Assembly: GCA_022616055.1 (NCBI GenBank)
Contig: JAKEFM010000315.1
Location: 8,366 to 72,365, forward strand
Source of the DNA: Planctomycetota bacterium
Lineage (GTDB): Bacteria; Planctomycetota; UBA1135; JAKEFM01
DNA length: 64,000 bases
Reading direction: 5' to 3'
In this document: in pieces, positions 52,539-62,089 of the stretch
Numbering within the stretch: the stretch's first letter is position 1
How the letters are laid out: each line of letters begins with the position of its first letter
Position numbers and translations under genes: made by a program
The notes under the pieces: model-generated
Seen by the model: only the letters and a program-made list of their open reading frames with translations
Told to the model about the DNA's origin: nothing
Databases searched by the model: none

Positions 52539-52874
52539 ATGCAACGGGTTCCGAAAGGGTGGGGCGAGGAGCTCTGGGTCCACAACGACCCGCTCTACTG
52601 CGGGAAGATCCTGCGCCTGAAGAAGGGGAAGCGCTGCTCCCTCCACTACCACAAGAGGAAGACGGAGACCTTCTACCTCCAGTCGGGGCGCGTGCGGATG
52701 GAGCTGCGCCACCCCGACGGGCGGGCGGAGGACCTGGTGATGAAGCCGGGGGACTCCCTCGAGATCTACCCGGGCCTCGTCCACCGGTTCTCCGGGATCG
52801 AGGACTCCGAGATCGTCGAGTTCTCGACGCAGCACTTCGAGGAGGACTCCTACCGGATCGAGAAGGGGGACTAG
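52539..52874 (+). CDS. small cupin-domain protein (mannose-6-phosphate-isomerase-like cupin)
   Basis: ATG 52539 inside ORF 52458..52874(+). The stretch WGEELWVHNDPLYCGKILRLKKGKRCSLHYHKRKTETFYLQSG is a typical cupin motif region. Confidence 0.75.
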   Translation: MQRVPKGWGEELWVHNDPLYCGKILRLKKGKRCSLHYHKRKTETFYLQSGRVRMELRHPDGRAEDLVMKPGDSLEIYPGLVHRFSGIEDSEIVEFSTQHFEEDSYRIEKGD

Positions 52875-52971
52875 GGTCCGGATCGGATCGCCGGGGGCGC
52901 GAGCGACCCTCGCCCCCTCTCTCCTGAGACCGGATCCCGGGAGGGGGATACATTCGGCGCCGCGCCCATCG

Positions 52972-55590
52972 TTGCGGAGGCGTCCCATGAGGTCGATTCC
53001 CGGGATCGTGGTTCTCGCGGCCCTCGCGTCGTTCGCTCGCGCCGGAGGCGGACGGCCGGCGGGCGAGCCTGCCTCGTCCGGTGTCCCCACCTGGGCTCTT
53101 CCGGGAGTGACCCCTGGCCCCATCGGCCCTTCCCTCGGTCGCTCGCCGCTCGTCTTCGTCGAGAACCTCGGACAGTGGGAGAGCCCCGCACGGTTCGCGG
53201 GCCGGCGGCCCGACGGGGCGACGCTCTACCTCGCTCCGGATTCCCTCTGGCTCCAGCTCTCCCGTCGCGCGGTCGAGGCCTTGAGGGAGGGTTCGCCGAG
53301 GGGAGGGGCGCGTCTCGACGGCCCGGAGCGGCGGGTCGGGGTGAACCTGCGGCTGCAGTTCGAGGGATCTCGCACGGGGGTCCGCGTCGCGGGGCGCGAG
53401 CCGACGCCGACCCGCTTTCATTACTTCGTCGGCAACGATCCCCGCCGCTGGCGGGCGGGCGTCCGAGGGTTCGGGAAGGTCGCCTACGAGGGCCTCTACG
53501 AGGGAGTGGAACTCCTCGTGCGGGAGGAGGGGACGGTCCTCGAGTACGACCTCGTCCTCTCGCCCGAGGCGGACCTGTCGAGCGTGGTCGTCCGGGTCGA
53601 GGGGGCGGACGCGCCGCTGCGCCTCGATGCGGAGGGATCGCTCCTCATCGACACGGCCCACGGCGAGATCCGCCAGCCGAGACCGAGAGCTTGGGAAGTG
53701 GGGGAGGGGGGCGAGCGTCGCGCCGTCGACTGCGCCTACCGGGTCCTCAGGGAGAACCGGTTCGGATTCGACGTGCCGGCGAGAAGGCGAGAATGCGCGC
53801 TCGTCGTGGACCCGGAACTCCTCTACTCGACCTACCTCGGGGGAGGGGCCGACGACGCCGCGTTCTCGCTCGCCCTGGATGCGACCGGGGCGGCCGTGGT
53901 CGCGGGGCGGACGATCTCGCTCGACTTCCCTACCAGTCCGGGCGCGTTCGACGCCACCAACGACCAGGACGCCTTCGTGACCCGACTTCCCCTCTCGGGG
54001 GCGCCCCCTTTCTACTCGACGTTCCTCGGGGGAGGAGCCTCCGACACCGCCGTCGGGCTCGCCCTGGACGCCACGGGGGCAGCCGTGGTGGCGGGCTACA
54101 CCCTATCGGCCGACTTTCCCACGACCCCGGGAGCGTACGACACGACCGGAGGCTACATCGACGCCTTCGTCACTCGCCTCCCGATGTCGGGAGGCCCCCC
54201 CTCCTACTCGACCTACCTCGGGGGAGGCGCGTCCGACCTGGCGTACGCGGTTGCGCTGGACGCGGCGGGCGCTGCCGTCGTCGCCGGCCATACCTACTCC
54301 GCTCCGTTCCCGCTCACTCCTGGCGCGTTCGACACGACCTTCAACAGCGGAGCGGGGTCGGGAGAGGGCTTCGTCACGCGAGTCCCCCTCTCGGGAGGCC
54401 CTCTCGCCTACTCGACCTATCTCGGCGGCTCGGGCGACGACGCGGTCTTCGACCTGGCGCTCGATCCGACGGGGGCGGCGATCGTGGCGGGGAAGACCGG
54501 GCCGGGCTTGCCCGTCACGCCGGGGGCATTCGACCCAACCTGGAACGGAAGCGCCGACGGGTTCGTCGCCCGCCTCCCCCTCTCGGGAAGTCCTCCTCCC
54601 CACCTGACCTACTTCGGGGGGGCGGACGTGGAATACGCGTACGCGGTCGCCCTCGATGCGTCCGGCGCCGCGGTGGTGACCGGCTACACGGTGTCTTCCG
54701 GTTTTCCGGTCACGCCGGGATGTTTCGACTCCGTGATGAACGGGAGCGCCGATGCGTTCGTCACCCGCCTCCCCCTCTCGGCGGGCCCTCTCCTCTACTC
54801 GACGTTCCTCGGGGGGGGAAGCTACGAGGCAGCCCACGGGGTCGCTCTCGATTCGACGGGGACGGCGGTCGTCGCGGGCATCACGGACTCGCCCGACTTC
54901 CCAATCTCGGCGGGAGCGTACGACCCGGACTGGAACGGGGCCTACGACACCTTCGTCACGCGGCTTCGCCTGACGGGAGCGCCTCCGTCCTACTCGACCT
55001 TCTTCGGAGGGTCGGAGGACGAATACGAGTACGGGAAGGCGCTCGCGCTCGACGGGACCGACACCGCCATCGTGACGGGCGTGACCGAATCGGACGACCT
55101 TCCCGTCACGCTGGGAGCGGTCAGCTGGAGCGCCGGGGGTTCCGACGACGCCTTCGTCGCGCGGATGGACCTGCTTCCGGCGGGCGCCACGGCCTACGGG
55201 ACCTCGACGCCCGGGTGCGCGGGTCTCCTCCCGATCGGCGTGACCTCGAGTCCCCAGGTCGGAAACTCCTCCTTCTCGATCACCTGCGGCCACGCGCCCT
55301 CCAACGGGATCGGGGCCCTCGGGTTCAGCCCGACTCCTCTCGGGGCGCCGCTCTCGATCCAGGGCGTGCAGTCCTGGATCGACTGGGGAGCCCCCGGGTC
55401 GTTCGCTCTTCGGGAGTTCGCCGATGCGTTCGGGGTGGCGCAGGTGCCGGTCCCGATCCCGGCCGTCCCCTCTCTCGCGGGGGCGCAGGTCTACCTGCAG
55501 TTTGCCTGGATGGGCCCGAGCGCACCGGCCCCTTGTCCACCGACGGGGATCTCCGCCTCGAACGCTCTCGCCGTGGTCGTGCAGCCCTGA
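52972..55590 (+). CDS. secreted SBBP-type beta-propeller repeat protein (7 repeats), paralog 1
   Basis: Full ORF of 872 aa. The start is TTG 52972, or more likely ATG 52987, which has GGAGG 6 nt upstream. It has a signal peptide (IPGIVVLAALASFARAG). There are seven YST(Y/F)LGG...A.ALD..G.AVV.G.T.S.DFP.TPGAFD repeats and a C-terminal Cys-containing module. Confidence 0.85.
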   Translation: MRRRPMRSIPGIVVLAALASFARAGGGRPAGEPASSGVPTWALPGVTPGPIGPSLGRSPLVFVENLGQWESPARFAGRRPDGATLYLAPDSLWLQLSRRAVEALREGSPRGGARLDGPERRVGVNLRLQFEGSRTGVRVAGREPTPTRFHYFVGNDPRRWRAGVRGFGKVAYEGLYEGVELLVREEGTVLEYDLVLSPEADLSSVVVRVEGADAPLRLDAEGSLLIDTAHGEIRQPRPRAWEVGEGGERRAVDCAYRVLRENRFGFDVPARRRECALVVDPELLYSTYLGGGADDAAFSLALDATGAAVVAGRTISLDFPTSPGAFDATNDQDAFVTRLPLSGAPPFYSTFLGGGASDTAVGLALDATGAAVVAGYTLSADFPTTPGAYDTTGGYIDAFVTRLPMSGGPPSYSTYLGGGASDLAYAVALDAAGAAVVAGHTYSAPFPLTPGAFDTTFNSGAGSGEGFVTRVPLSGGPLAYSTYLGGSGDDAVFDLALDPTGAAIVAGKTGPGLPVTPGAFDPTWNGSADGFVARLPLSGSPPPHLTYFGGADVEYAYAVALDASGAAVVTGYTVSSGFPVTPGCFDSVMNGSADAFVTRLPLSAGPLLYSTFLGGGSYEAAHGVALDSTGTAVVAGITDSPDFPISAGAYDPDWNGAYDTFVTRLRLTGAPPSYSTFFGGSEDEYEYGKALALDGTDTAIVTGVTESDDLPVTLGAVSWSAGGSDDAFVARMDLLPAGATAYGTSTPGCAGLLPIGVTSSPQVGNSSFSITCGHAPSNGIGALGFSPTPLGAPLSIQGVQSWIDWGAPGSFALREFADAFGVAQVPVPIPAVPSLAGAQVYLQFAWMGPSAPAPCPPTGISASNALAVVVQP

Positions 55591-55593
55591 GCG

Positions 55594-55609
55594 CGACCCA
55601 CGTGGGTCG
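55594..55609. repeat. 16-bp perfect palindrome CGACCCACGTGGGTCG, 3 nt after the paralog-1 stop
   Basis: Read directly from the sequence. Confidence 0.7.
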
Positions 55610-55705
55610 GGCGCGAGGACGACGCGGCGCCCGCACTCCCAGGGGGCGCGCTCGACCGGGTTCCCCGGGGCAACCTCCGCGGTAGACTCCGCCCCGCGCC
55701 AAGAG

Positions 55706-58309
55706 TTGCGGAGGCGTCCCATCAGGTCGATCGTCGGGATCGTTGTGCTCGCGGCCGCCGCGTCGTCCTCTCGCCGGGATGGGGAAAGGCCGAGCGGCGA
55801 GCCTGCACCGTCCGGAATGCCCGGCGCCGCGCGGTCGGGAGAGGGCTCCTCCCTCGCTCGCCCCCGGCTCGCCTTCGTCGAGAACGCCGGGCAGTGGGGG
55901 GGAGGCGTCCGGTTCGCCGCGCGGCGGCCGGACGGGGCGGCGCTTTTCCTCGCCCCGGACTCCCTCTGGCTCCAGCTCTCCCGGCCTGGCGTCGATCCCG
56001 TGGCGGATCGTTCGCCCCGAGGAGGGGAGGGCGGCGACAGGAGGGTCGGCGTGAACCTCCGGCTCCGCTTCGAGGGCTCGCGCGAGGAGGTCCGCGTCGC
56101 GGGCCGGGAGAGGACGCCCACCCTCCACCACTACCTCGTCGGGAACGATCCCACCCGCTGGCGGACGGGCGTTCCGGGCTTCGGGAAGGTCGCCTACGAG
56201 GGCCTCTACGAGGGAGTGGACCTCCTCCTGCGAGAGGAAGGGACGGTCCTCGAGTACGACCTCGTCCTCTCGCCCGGGGCGGACCTCTCGAGCGTCGTCG
56301 TCCGGGTCGAGGGAGCGGACGCGCCGCTGCGCCTCGACGCGGAGGGAGCGCTCCTCATCGACACCCCCTTCGGCGCGGTCCGCCAGCCGAGGCCGCACGC
56401 CTGGGAGGAGGAGGCCGGCGTGCGCCGGACCCTCGAGTGCTCCTACCGGAGCGTCGGGAACGACCGGTTCGGATTCGAGGTGCGCGGCGGGAGGGAGGGA
56501 TGCGCGATCGTCGTCGATCCGCAGCTCGTCTTCTCGACCTACCTCGGCGGGGGAGGGACCGAGACAGGGTACGCCCTCGCCCTCGACCCGACGGGAGCCG
56601 CCGTCGTCGCGGGGTGGACCTACTCGCTCGACTTCCCCACGACCCCGGGGGCGTTCGACACCGTGAACGACTCCGACGCCTTCGTGTGCCGGTTCCCCCT
56701 CTCCGGAGCCCCTCCCTACTACTCGACCTTCCTCGGAGGGGACGAGTACGACGTCGCGCTCGCGATCGCCCTCGACGCGGCCGGGAACGCGGTCGTGGCC
56801 GGCTACACGAACTCGCCCGACTTCCCCACGACGCCGGGAGCGGCCTCCACGGTCCTGACCGGCGCCTCGTCGGACGCGTTCGTCACCCGGATTCCCGCCC
56901 TGGGAGGCCCCCCCTCCTATTCGACCTTCCTCGGCGGATCCGCCTTCGACGCGGCGTATGCGCTCGCCCTGGACGCGGCGGGCGCCGCCGTCGTCGTGGG
57001 CTCCACCGCCTCCTCCTCCTTCCCCATCACGCCCGGAGCGTTCGACACGAGCTTCAACGGCGGGATGCCCGTCCCCATGGCAGGGGAGGGATTCGTCACG
57101 CGCGTTCCCCTCGCGGGGGGCCCCCTCGCCTACTCGACGTTCCTCGGAGGCGTGGAGGACGACCAGGTCGCGGACGTCCGCCTCGACGCCTCGGGCGCGG
57201 CGGTCGTGGTGGGAAAGACGATCTCCCCCGACCTTCCCGTGACGCCGGGAGCCTTCGACACGACCCACAACGAGAACTCAGACGCGTTCGTCGCCCGCCT
57301 CCCTCTGGCGGGAGGCCCCGCGCCCTACGTGACCTATCTCGGGGGGACGGCCCAGGATCAGGCCCAGTCCGTCGTCCTCGACGCGTCCGGAGCGGCCGTC
57401 GTGGCCGGCTTCGCGGCCTCGGCCGATTTCCCCGCGACCCCGGGGGCGTTCGACGTCACCTCCAACGGCGGGACCGACGCCTTCGTCTCCCGCCTCTCCT
57501 TTGCGACGGGGACTCTCTCGTATGCGACGTTCCTCGGCGGAGGCGGGGCCGACCTGGTGAGGGGGCTCGCCCTCGACGCGACGGGCGCGGCCGTCCTGAT
57601 GGGATACACGAACTCGGCCGGCTTCCCGACCAGCCCCGGCGCGTTCGACGCCGGCTGGAACGGCGGCTACGACGCCTTCGTCACGCGCCTCGTCCTGTCG
57701 GGCGCCCCTCCCGACTACTCGAGCTATCTCGGGGGGTCGGGCGACGAGTACGGCTACGCCTTCGGCCTCGACCCGATGGGGAGCGCCGTCGTGGCGGGCA
57801 ACACGGACTCGATCGACTTCCCCCTCACCTTGGGCGCGGTCGACGCGACCCTCGGCGGCTTCACCGACGCCTTCGTCTCGCAGCTGGCGCTGCTCCCGGC
57901 TGGCGCGACGACCTACGGGACTTCCTCTCCCGGGTGCGCGGGTCCCCTCCCGATCGGCGTCAACTCGATCCCCCAGGTCGGGAACGCCGCCTTCTCGGTC
58001 ACGTGCGGGCGCGCTCCCGCGAACGGCATCGGAGCCCTCGGCATCAGCGCGACGGCTCTCGCGACGCCGGTCACGATCCTCGGCGCGCAGTCCTGGATCG
58101 ACTGGAGCGCCTCCGTGTCGTTCGCCCTCCGGGAGTTCTCGGATGCGGCCGGGGTGGTGCAGGTGCCGATCCCGATCCCGCCCGTCCCGTCCCTCGCGGG
58201 TGCGCAGGTCCACCTCCAGTTCGTCTGGGCGGGCCCGAGCGCGCCGCCGCCGTGCCCGGTCACGGGGATCTCCGCCTCGAACGCCCTCGCCGTGGTCGTG
58301 CAACCCTAG
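55706..58309 (+). CDS. secreted SBBP-type beta-propeller repeat protein (7 repeats), paralog 2
   Basis: C-terminal 867 aa of ORF 55424..58309(+). TTG 55706 is homologous to TTG 52972. The ATG of paralog 1 is ATC here. It has a signal-like IVGIVVLAAAASSS, the same seven-repeat architecture and the same C-terminal module. Confidence 0.8.
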   Translation: MRRRPIRSIVGIVVLAAAASSSRRDGERPSGEPAPSGMPGAARSGEGSSLARPRLAFVENAGQWGGGVRFAARRPDGAALFLAPDSLWLQLSRPGVDPVADRSPRGGEGGDRRVGVNLRLRFEGSREEVRVAGRERTPTLHHYLVGNDPTRWRTGVPGFGKVAYEGLYEGVDLLLREEGTVLEYDLVLSPGADLSSVVVRVEGADAPLRLDAEGALLIDTPFGAVRQPRPHAWEEEAGVRRTLECSYRSVGNDRFGFEVRGGREGCAIVVDPQLVFSTYLGGGGTETGYALALDPTGAAVVAGWTYSLDFPTTPGAFDTVNDSDAFVCRFPLSGAPPYYSTFLGGDEYDVALAIALDAAGNAVVAGYTNSPDFPTTPGAASTVLTGASSDAFVTRIPALGGPPSYSTFLGGSAFDAAYALALDAAGAAVVVGSTASSSFPITPGAFDTSFNGGMPVPMAGEGFVTRVPLAGGPLAYSTFLGGVEDDQVADVRLDASGAAVVVGKTISPDLPVTPGAFDTTHNENSDAFVARLPLAGGPAPYVTYLGGTAQDQAQSVVLDASGAAVVAGFAASADFPATPGAFDVTSNGGTDAFVSRLSFATGTLSYATFLGGGGADLVRGLALDATGAAVLMGYTNSAGFPTSPGAFDAGWNGGYDAFVTRLVLSGAPPDYSSYLGGSGDEYGYAFGLDPMGSAVVAGNTDSIDFPLTLGAVDATLGGFTDAFVSQLALLPAGATTYGTSSPGCAGPLPIGVNSIPQVGNAAFSVTCGRAPANGIGALGISATALATPVTILGAQSWIDWSASVSFALREFSDAAGVVQVPIPIPPVPSLAGAQVHLQFVWAGPSAPPPCPVTGISASNALAVVVQP

Positions 58310-58312
58310 GCG

Positions 58313-58328
58313 CGACCCACGTGGGTCG
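58313..58328. repeat. 16-bp perfect palindrome CGACCCACGTGGGTCG, 3 nt after the paralog-2 stop
   Basis: Read directly from the sequence. Confidence 0.7.
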
Positions 58329-58377
58329 GGGGAGGAGAGCGCGGGGAGCGTCGAACCTCGCCGCGGCCCTGGGCCGC

Positions 58378-58776
58378 ATGCGGTTCCGGGTGCGGCCGGG
58401 GCGCTACGCGCTCGTCTCCCTCCCGGCGTCGGAGACCGAACGCGCCGACTCCTTCCTCCCGAAGGTCGGGGAGGGGTTCGCCCACTGCGTCTCGGAACCC
58501 GGAACGGCGACCCTCCTCCTCCTCGAGCGGAGGCTGCCGGGGAGCCTCCGGAGGTGGAAAGGCTGGCGCGTGCAGCGCGGCTTCCGCGTCATCTCGTTCG
58601 AGACTCCCATGGAATGGACGGTCGTCGGGTTCCTCGCGCGCGTGACGGGCGCGCTCGCGGAGGCGGGGGTGCCGATCGGGGTCGTCTGCTCCTTCGACTT
58701 CGATCACGTGTTCGTCCCCGCGCGACGCCTCGCGGCGGCGCGGCGGGCGGTCGCCCGGGCGCTTCGCCTCCCTTGA
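58378..58776 (+). CDS. ACT-domain (ACT_7-like) small-molecule-binding protein
   Basis: Last 132 aa of ORF 55894..58776(+), starting at ATG 58378. The pattern YALVSLP.....F.....E.T.LL......GWR...F....EWTVVGFLARVTGALAEAGVPIGVVCSFDFDHVFVP matches ACT_7-type proteins. Confidence 0.65.
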   Translation: MRFRVRPGRYALVSLPASETERADSFLPKVGEGFAHCVSEPGTATLLLLERRLPGSLRRWKGWRVQRGFRVISFETPMEWTVVGFLARVTGALAEAGVPIGVVCSFDFDHVFVPARRLAAARRAVARALRLP

Positions 58777-58911
58777 CCGACCGGCGGCAAGTCGTTACAC
58801 CATTCGCGCTCCGTCCGCGCCCCGGAGCCGAGGAGCGCTCGGCATCCCGGGGCCGCTTGCTTCGGGAGTTCCCCTTGCCCCACCTCCGGCTGACCGAATC
58901 GCCCGACCCGC

Positions 58912-60288
58912 ATGGCTGACAACTCGCTCGCGGCGATCGTGCTCGCGGCCGGCAAGGGGACCCGCATGGGGGGGCCGCTCCCGAAGGTCCTCCACGAGGT
59001 CTGCGGGCGGAGCATGCTCCAGTGGGTGCTGGACGCGGTCCTCGACCTCAAGCCCTCCCCGACGATCGTCGTCGTCGGCCACGGGCGCGAGGAGGTCGAG
59101 CGCTCGCTCGCGGGGAAGTTCCCCGTCGAGTTCGCGGAGCAGGACGAGCCCCTCGGCACGGCCCACGCGGTCGCGGCGGCGCAGGCGCGGCTGAAGGGCT
59201 TCGAGGGGAAGGTCCTCGTCCTCTACGGGGACACCCCGGCGCTGCGGACGGAATCGCTGCGCGACCTGGTCTCCGCCTGCCCGAAGGGGGGGGTCTCCTT
59301 CCTCGTCGCCGAGATCGACGACCCCGCCTCCTACGGGCGGATCGTGCGCGACGCGGCCGGCCGGTTCGTCGGGATCAAGGAGGAGCGCGACGCGAGCGCC
59401 TCCGAGCGGGCGATCCGCGAGGTGAACCTCGGCGCGTACGCGTTCGACGGGCCGCGGCTCTTCACGGAGCTGGCGGGGATCCTCGCGGCGCCCCGGAAGA
59501 ACGAGAAGTCGGAGTACTACCTGACCGACGTCGTCGGCCGCTTCGAGAAGGCCGACGTCGAGGTCGCCATCCGCCGGACGACCGACCCCGACGCCTGGCT
59601 CGGGATCAATTCGCCCCGCGACCTGGCCCGGGTCCGCCGGGTCCTCCAGGACCGCATCCTCGCCCGCCACCTCGCCCGGGGGGTGAAGATCGTCGACCCC
59701 GCGACGACCTACGTCGACTGGGACGTCGACATCGGGGAGGGGACGGTCCTCTACCCCTGCACGGTGGTCGGTCGGGGCGCGCGGATCGGCCCGAACTGCG
59801 AGGTCGGGCCCTTCGCCCACCTCCGGGCGGACGCGATCCTGCGCGAGGGGGCGATCGTCGGGAACTACGTCGAGGTGAAGAAGGCGGTCCTCGGGGCCGG
59901 CGCGAAGGCCCGCCACCTCACCTATCTCGGGGACGCCGAGGTCGGCGCGGGCGCGAACGTCGGCGCCGGCACGATCACGGCGAACTGGGACGGGCGCATG
60001 AAGCACAAGACGACGATCGAGGAGGGGGCGTTCGTCGGGAGCGGGACGGTCTTCGTCGCCCCCGCGACGCTCGGGAAGGGGGCGCGGACGGGGGCCGGGG
60101 CGATCGTGACGAAGGGGACGCGGGTGCCCGACGGCGAGACCTGGGTCGGCGTCCCGGCGCGGCCGCTCCCCCCGAAGGGGACGAAGGGCGGGAACTCCTC
60201 GAAGGAGGGCGCGCGGCCGGGAGCGGGGGACCCCTCGCGCTCCGGGGCGCTCGCCCCCGGGAAGGGCGACGATGGCGTCCGCGGGTGA
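58912..60288 (+). CDS. glmU: bifunctional UDP-N-acetylglucosamine diphosphorylase / glucosamine-1-phosphate N-acetyltransferase
   Basis: Full ORF of 458 aa. It has LAAGKGTRM, YGDTP, left-handed beta-helix hexapeptide repeats in the C-terminal half and NYVE.KK. There is a low-complexity C-terminal tail. Confidence 0.9.
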   Translation: MADNSLAAIVLAAGKGTRMGGPLPKVLHEVCGRSMLQWVLDAVLDLKPSPTIVVVGHGREEVERSLAGKFPVEFAEQDEPLGTAHAVAAAQARLKGFEGKVLVLYGDTPALRTESLRDLVSACPKGGVSFLVAEIDDPASYGRIVRDAAGRFVGIKEERDASASERAIREVNLGAYAFDGPRLFTELAGILAAPRKNEKSEYYLTDVVGRFEKADVEVAIRRTTDPDAWLGINSPRDLARVRRVLQDRILARHLARGVKIVDPATTYVDWDVDIGEGTVLYPCTVVGRGARIGPNCEVGPFAHLRADAILREGAIVGNYVEVKKAVLGAGAKARHLTYLGDAEVGAGANVGAGTITANWDGRMKHKTTIEEGAFVGSGTVFVAPATLGKGARTGAGAIVTKGTRVPDGETWVGVPARPLPPKGTKGGNSSKEGARPGAGDPSRSGALAPGKGDDGVRG

Positions 60289-61234
60289 ACTGAAGATCTT
60301 CTCGGGGAGCGCGCACCCCGAGCTCGCCCGGTCGATCTGCGAGCACCTCGGCATCGGGCTCGGCAACGCCATCGTCGGGCGCTTCCCCGACGGGGAGATC
60401 GAGGTCAAGGTCGACGAGGACGTCCGGGGCCGCGACGTCTTCCTCGTCCAGCCGACCTGCCCCCCGGTGAACGAAAACCTGATGGAGCTCCTGATCCTCG
60501 CCGACTGCCTGCGGCGCGCGTCGGCCGACCGGATCACGGCCGTGATCCCCTACTTCGGCTACGCCCGCAAGGACCGGAAGGACGAGGGGCGGGTCCCGAT
60601 CACGGCGAAGCTCGTCGCGAACCTGATCACCCAGTCGGGGGTCGAGCGGGTCCTCGCCGTCGACCTCCACGCGGCCCAGATCCAGGGCTTCTTCGACATC
60701 CCGGTCGACCACCTCTACGCCAAGCCCGTCCTCGTTGCCCCGCTGCGCAAGCTCGGGCTGCGGGACGTCGTCGTCGTCTCCCCCGACGTCGGGGGGATCA
60801 AGGTCGCGCGGGCCTACTGCAAGGAGCTCGGCGCCGACCTCGCGATCGTCGACAAGCGCCGGCTCAATCCCGAGGAGGCGGAGGTCGAGGCGGTCATCGG
60901 GGAGGTCGGGGGGAAGAACGCGATCCTCGTCGACGACATGATCTCGACGGGGGGGACGATCGCCGAGGCGGTGCGGATCCTGAAGAACTTCGGGGCCGCC
61001 TCCGTCTTCGTCGCGGCGACCCACCCCGTCTTCTGCGGCAAGGCGCGCACGCGCCTGGACGCCGCCCCGATCGAGAGGATCTTCGTCACCGACACGATCC
61101 CGCTGCGCCCGGAGCGCTCGGCCCCGGCCCGGACGCAGGTCGTCTCCATCGCGCCGCTCCTCGCGCGCGCGATCCGGAGCATCCACCGGGCCGAGTCCGT
61201 CAGCCGGCTCTTCGAAGAGGTGAACGTCTCATGA
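60272..61234 (+). CDS. prs: ribose-phosphate pyrophosphokinase
   Basis: Full ORF of 320 aa. Hallmark Prs motifs are present: KIFSGSAHPELA, RFPDGE, YFGYARKDRK, DLHA.QIQGFF and the PRPP-binding loop VDDMISTGGT. Confidence 0.95.
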   Translation: MASAGELKIFSGSAHPELARSICEHLGIGLGNAIVGRFPDGEIEVKVDEDVRGRDVFLVQPTCPPVNENLMELLILADCLRRASADRITAVIPYFGYARKDRKDEGRVPITAKLVANLITQSGVERVLAVDLHAAQIQGFFDIPVDHLYAKPVLVAPLRKLGLRDVVVVSPDVGGIKVARAYCKELGADLAIVDKRRLNPEEAEVEAVIGEVGGKNAILVDDMISTGGTIAEAVRILKNFGAASVFVAATHPVFCGKARTRLDAAPIERIFVTDTIPLRPERSAPARTQVVSIAPLLARAIRSIHRAESVSRLFEEVNVS

Positions 61235-61968
61235 CCGCACCCGCACCGTCCCGGACCAAGCCGGGCGCCGCCTCGGCCACGCTCGCCGCCTCCCCCCGGA
61301 CGACGATGGGCTCGCGCGCGGCGCGACGGGAGCGGAGGGACGGGAGCGTCCCGGCCGTCGTCTACGGCGCGGGCAAGCCCGTCGCCCACGTCGCCGTGAA
61401 GCGCGAGGCCCTCGAGGGGGTGCTCCGCGAGGGCCGGAGGGTCGTCACCCTCGAGGTCGACGGCGCCTCCGAGAGCGTCCTCCTGCAGGAGGTCATCCAC
61501 GACCCGATCGAGGACGACCCGACCCACGTCGACTTCCTCCGGATCTCCGAGAAGACTCTCGTGAAGGTCCGGGTCCGGCTCGACTTCATCGGCCACCCGA
61601 AGGGGGTGACGGCGGGGGGGGAGTTCATCCACACGCTCGCCGAGGTCGAGGTCGAGTGCCTCCCGAGCGCCATCCCCTCGTCGATCCCCGTCAAGGTCGC
61701 CCACCTCGAGATCGGCAACTCGATCGCCGTGAAGGACCTCGAGATCCCCCCCGGCGTGAAGGTCCTGAACGAGCCCGGCACGACCGTGTGCATCGTGCGC
61801 GTCCACCACGAGGAGGAGGCGCCGGCGCCCGCGGCCCCGGAGGCGGCGGCGGCGGAGCCCGAGCGGATCGGCCGCAAGCCGGCCGAGGAGGAGGCGGAGG
61901 CCGCCCCCGAGGGGGCGAAGCCCGAGGCCAAGCCCAAGGAGGCCAAGCCCAAGAAGGAGAAGGAGTAG
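61231..61968 (+). CDS. rplY: 50S ribosomal protein L25 / general stress protein Ctc
   Basis: Full ORF of 245 aa with ATGA overlap with prs. It has GSRAARRERRDGSVPAVVYG and HVDF, with a Ctc-type C-terminal domain and an Ala/Glu/Lys-rich tail. Confidence 0.9.
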   Translation: MTAPAPSRTKPGAASATLAASPRTTMGSRAARRERRDGSVPAVVYGAGKPVAHVAVKREALEGVLREGRRVVTLEVDGASESVLLQEVIHDPIEDDPTHVDFLRISEKTLVKVRVRLDFIGHPKGVTAGGEFIHTLAEVEVECLPSAIPSSIPVKVAHLEIGNSIAVKDLEIPPGVKVLNEPGTTVCIVRVHHEEEAPAPAAPEAAAAEPERIGRKPAEEEAEAAPEGAKPEAKPKEAKPKKEKE

Positions 61969-62050
61969 GGCGGCGAGGCCCCCGGGCCCCCGCCGGGTTC
62001 CTTGCGCGGCGGGCGCTCGCCGGTAGACTGCTCCGCCCCGCTTCCCCGGC

Positions 62051-62077
62051 GGGCGAGGGCCCCGGAGGGCCTCGCCC
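62051..62077 (+). promoter_or_regulatory. strong GC hairpin between rplY and pth, 12 nt upstream of the pth ATG
   Basis: GGGCGAGG(g)CCC-cgga-GGGCCTCGCCC: an 8+3 bp stem with one bulge. The function (terminator, attenuator or RBS occlusion) is unknown. Confidence 0.3.
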
Positions 62078-62089
62078 GAGCCAGCGCGC

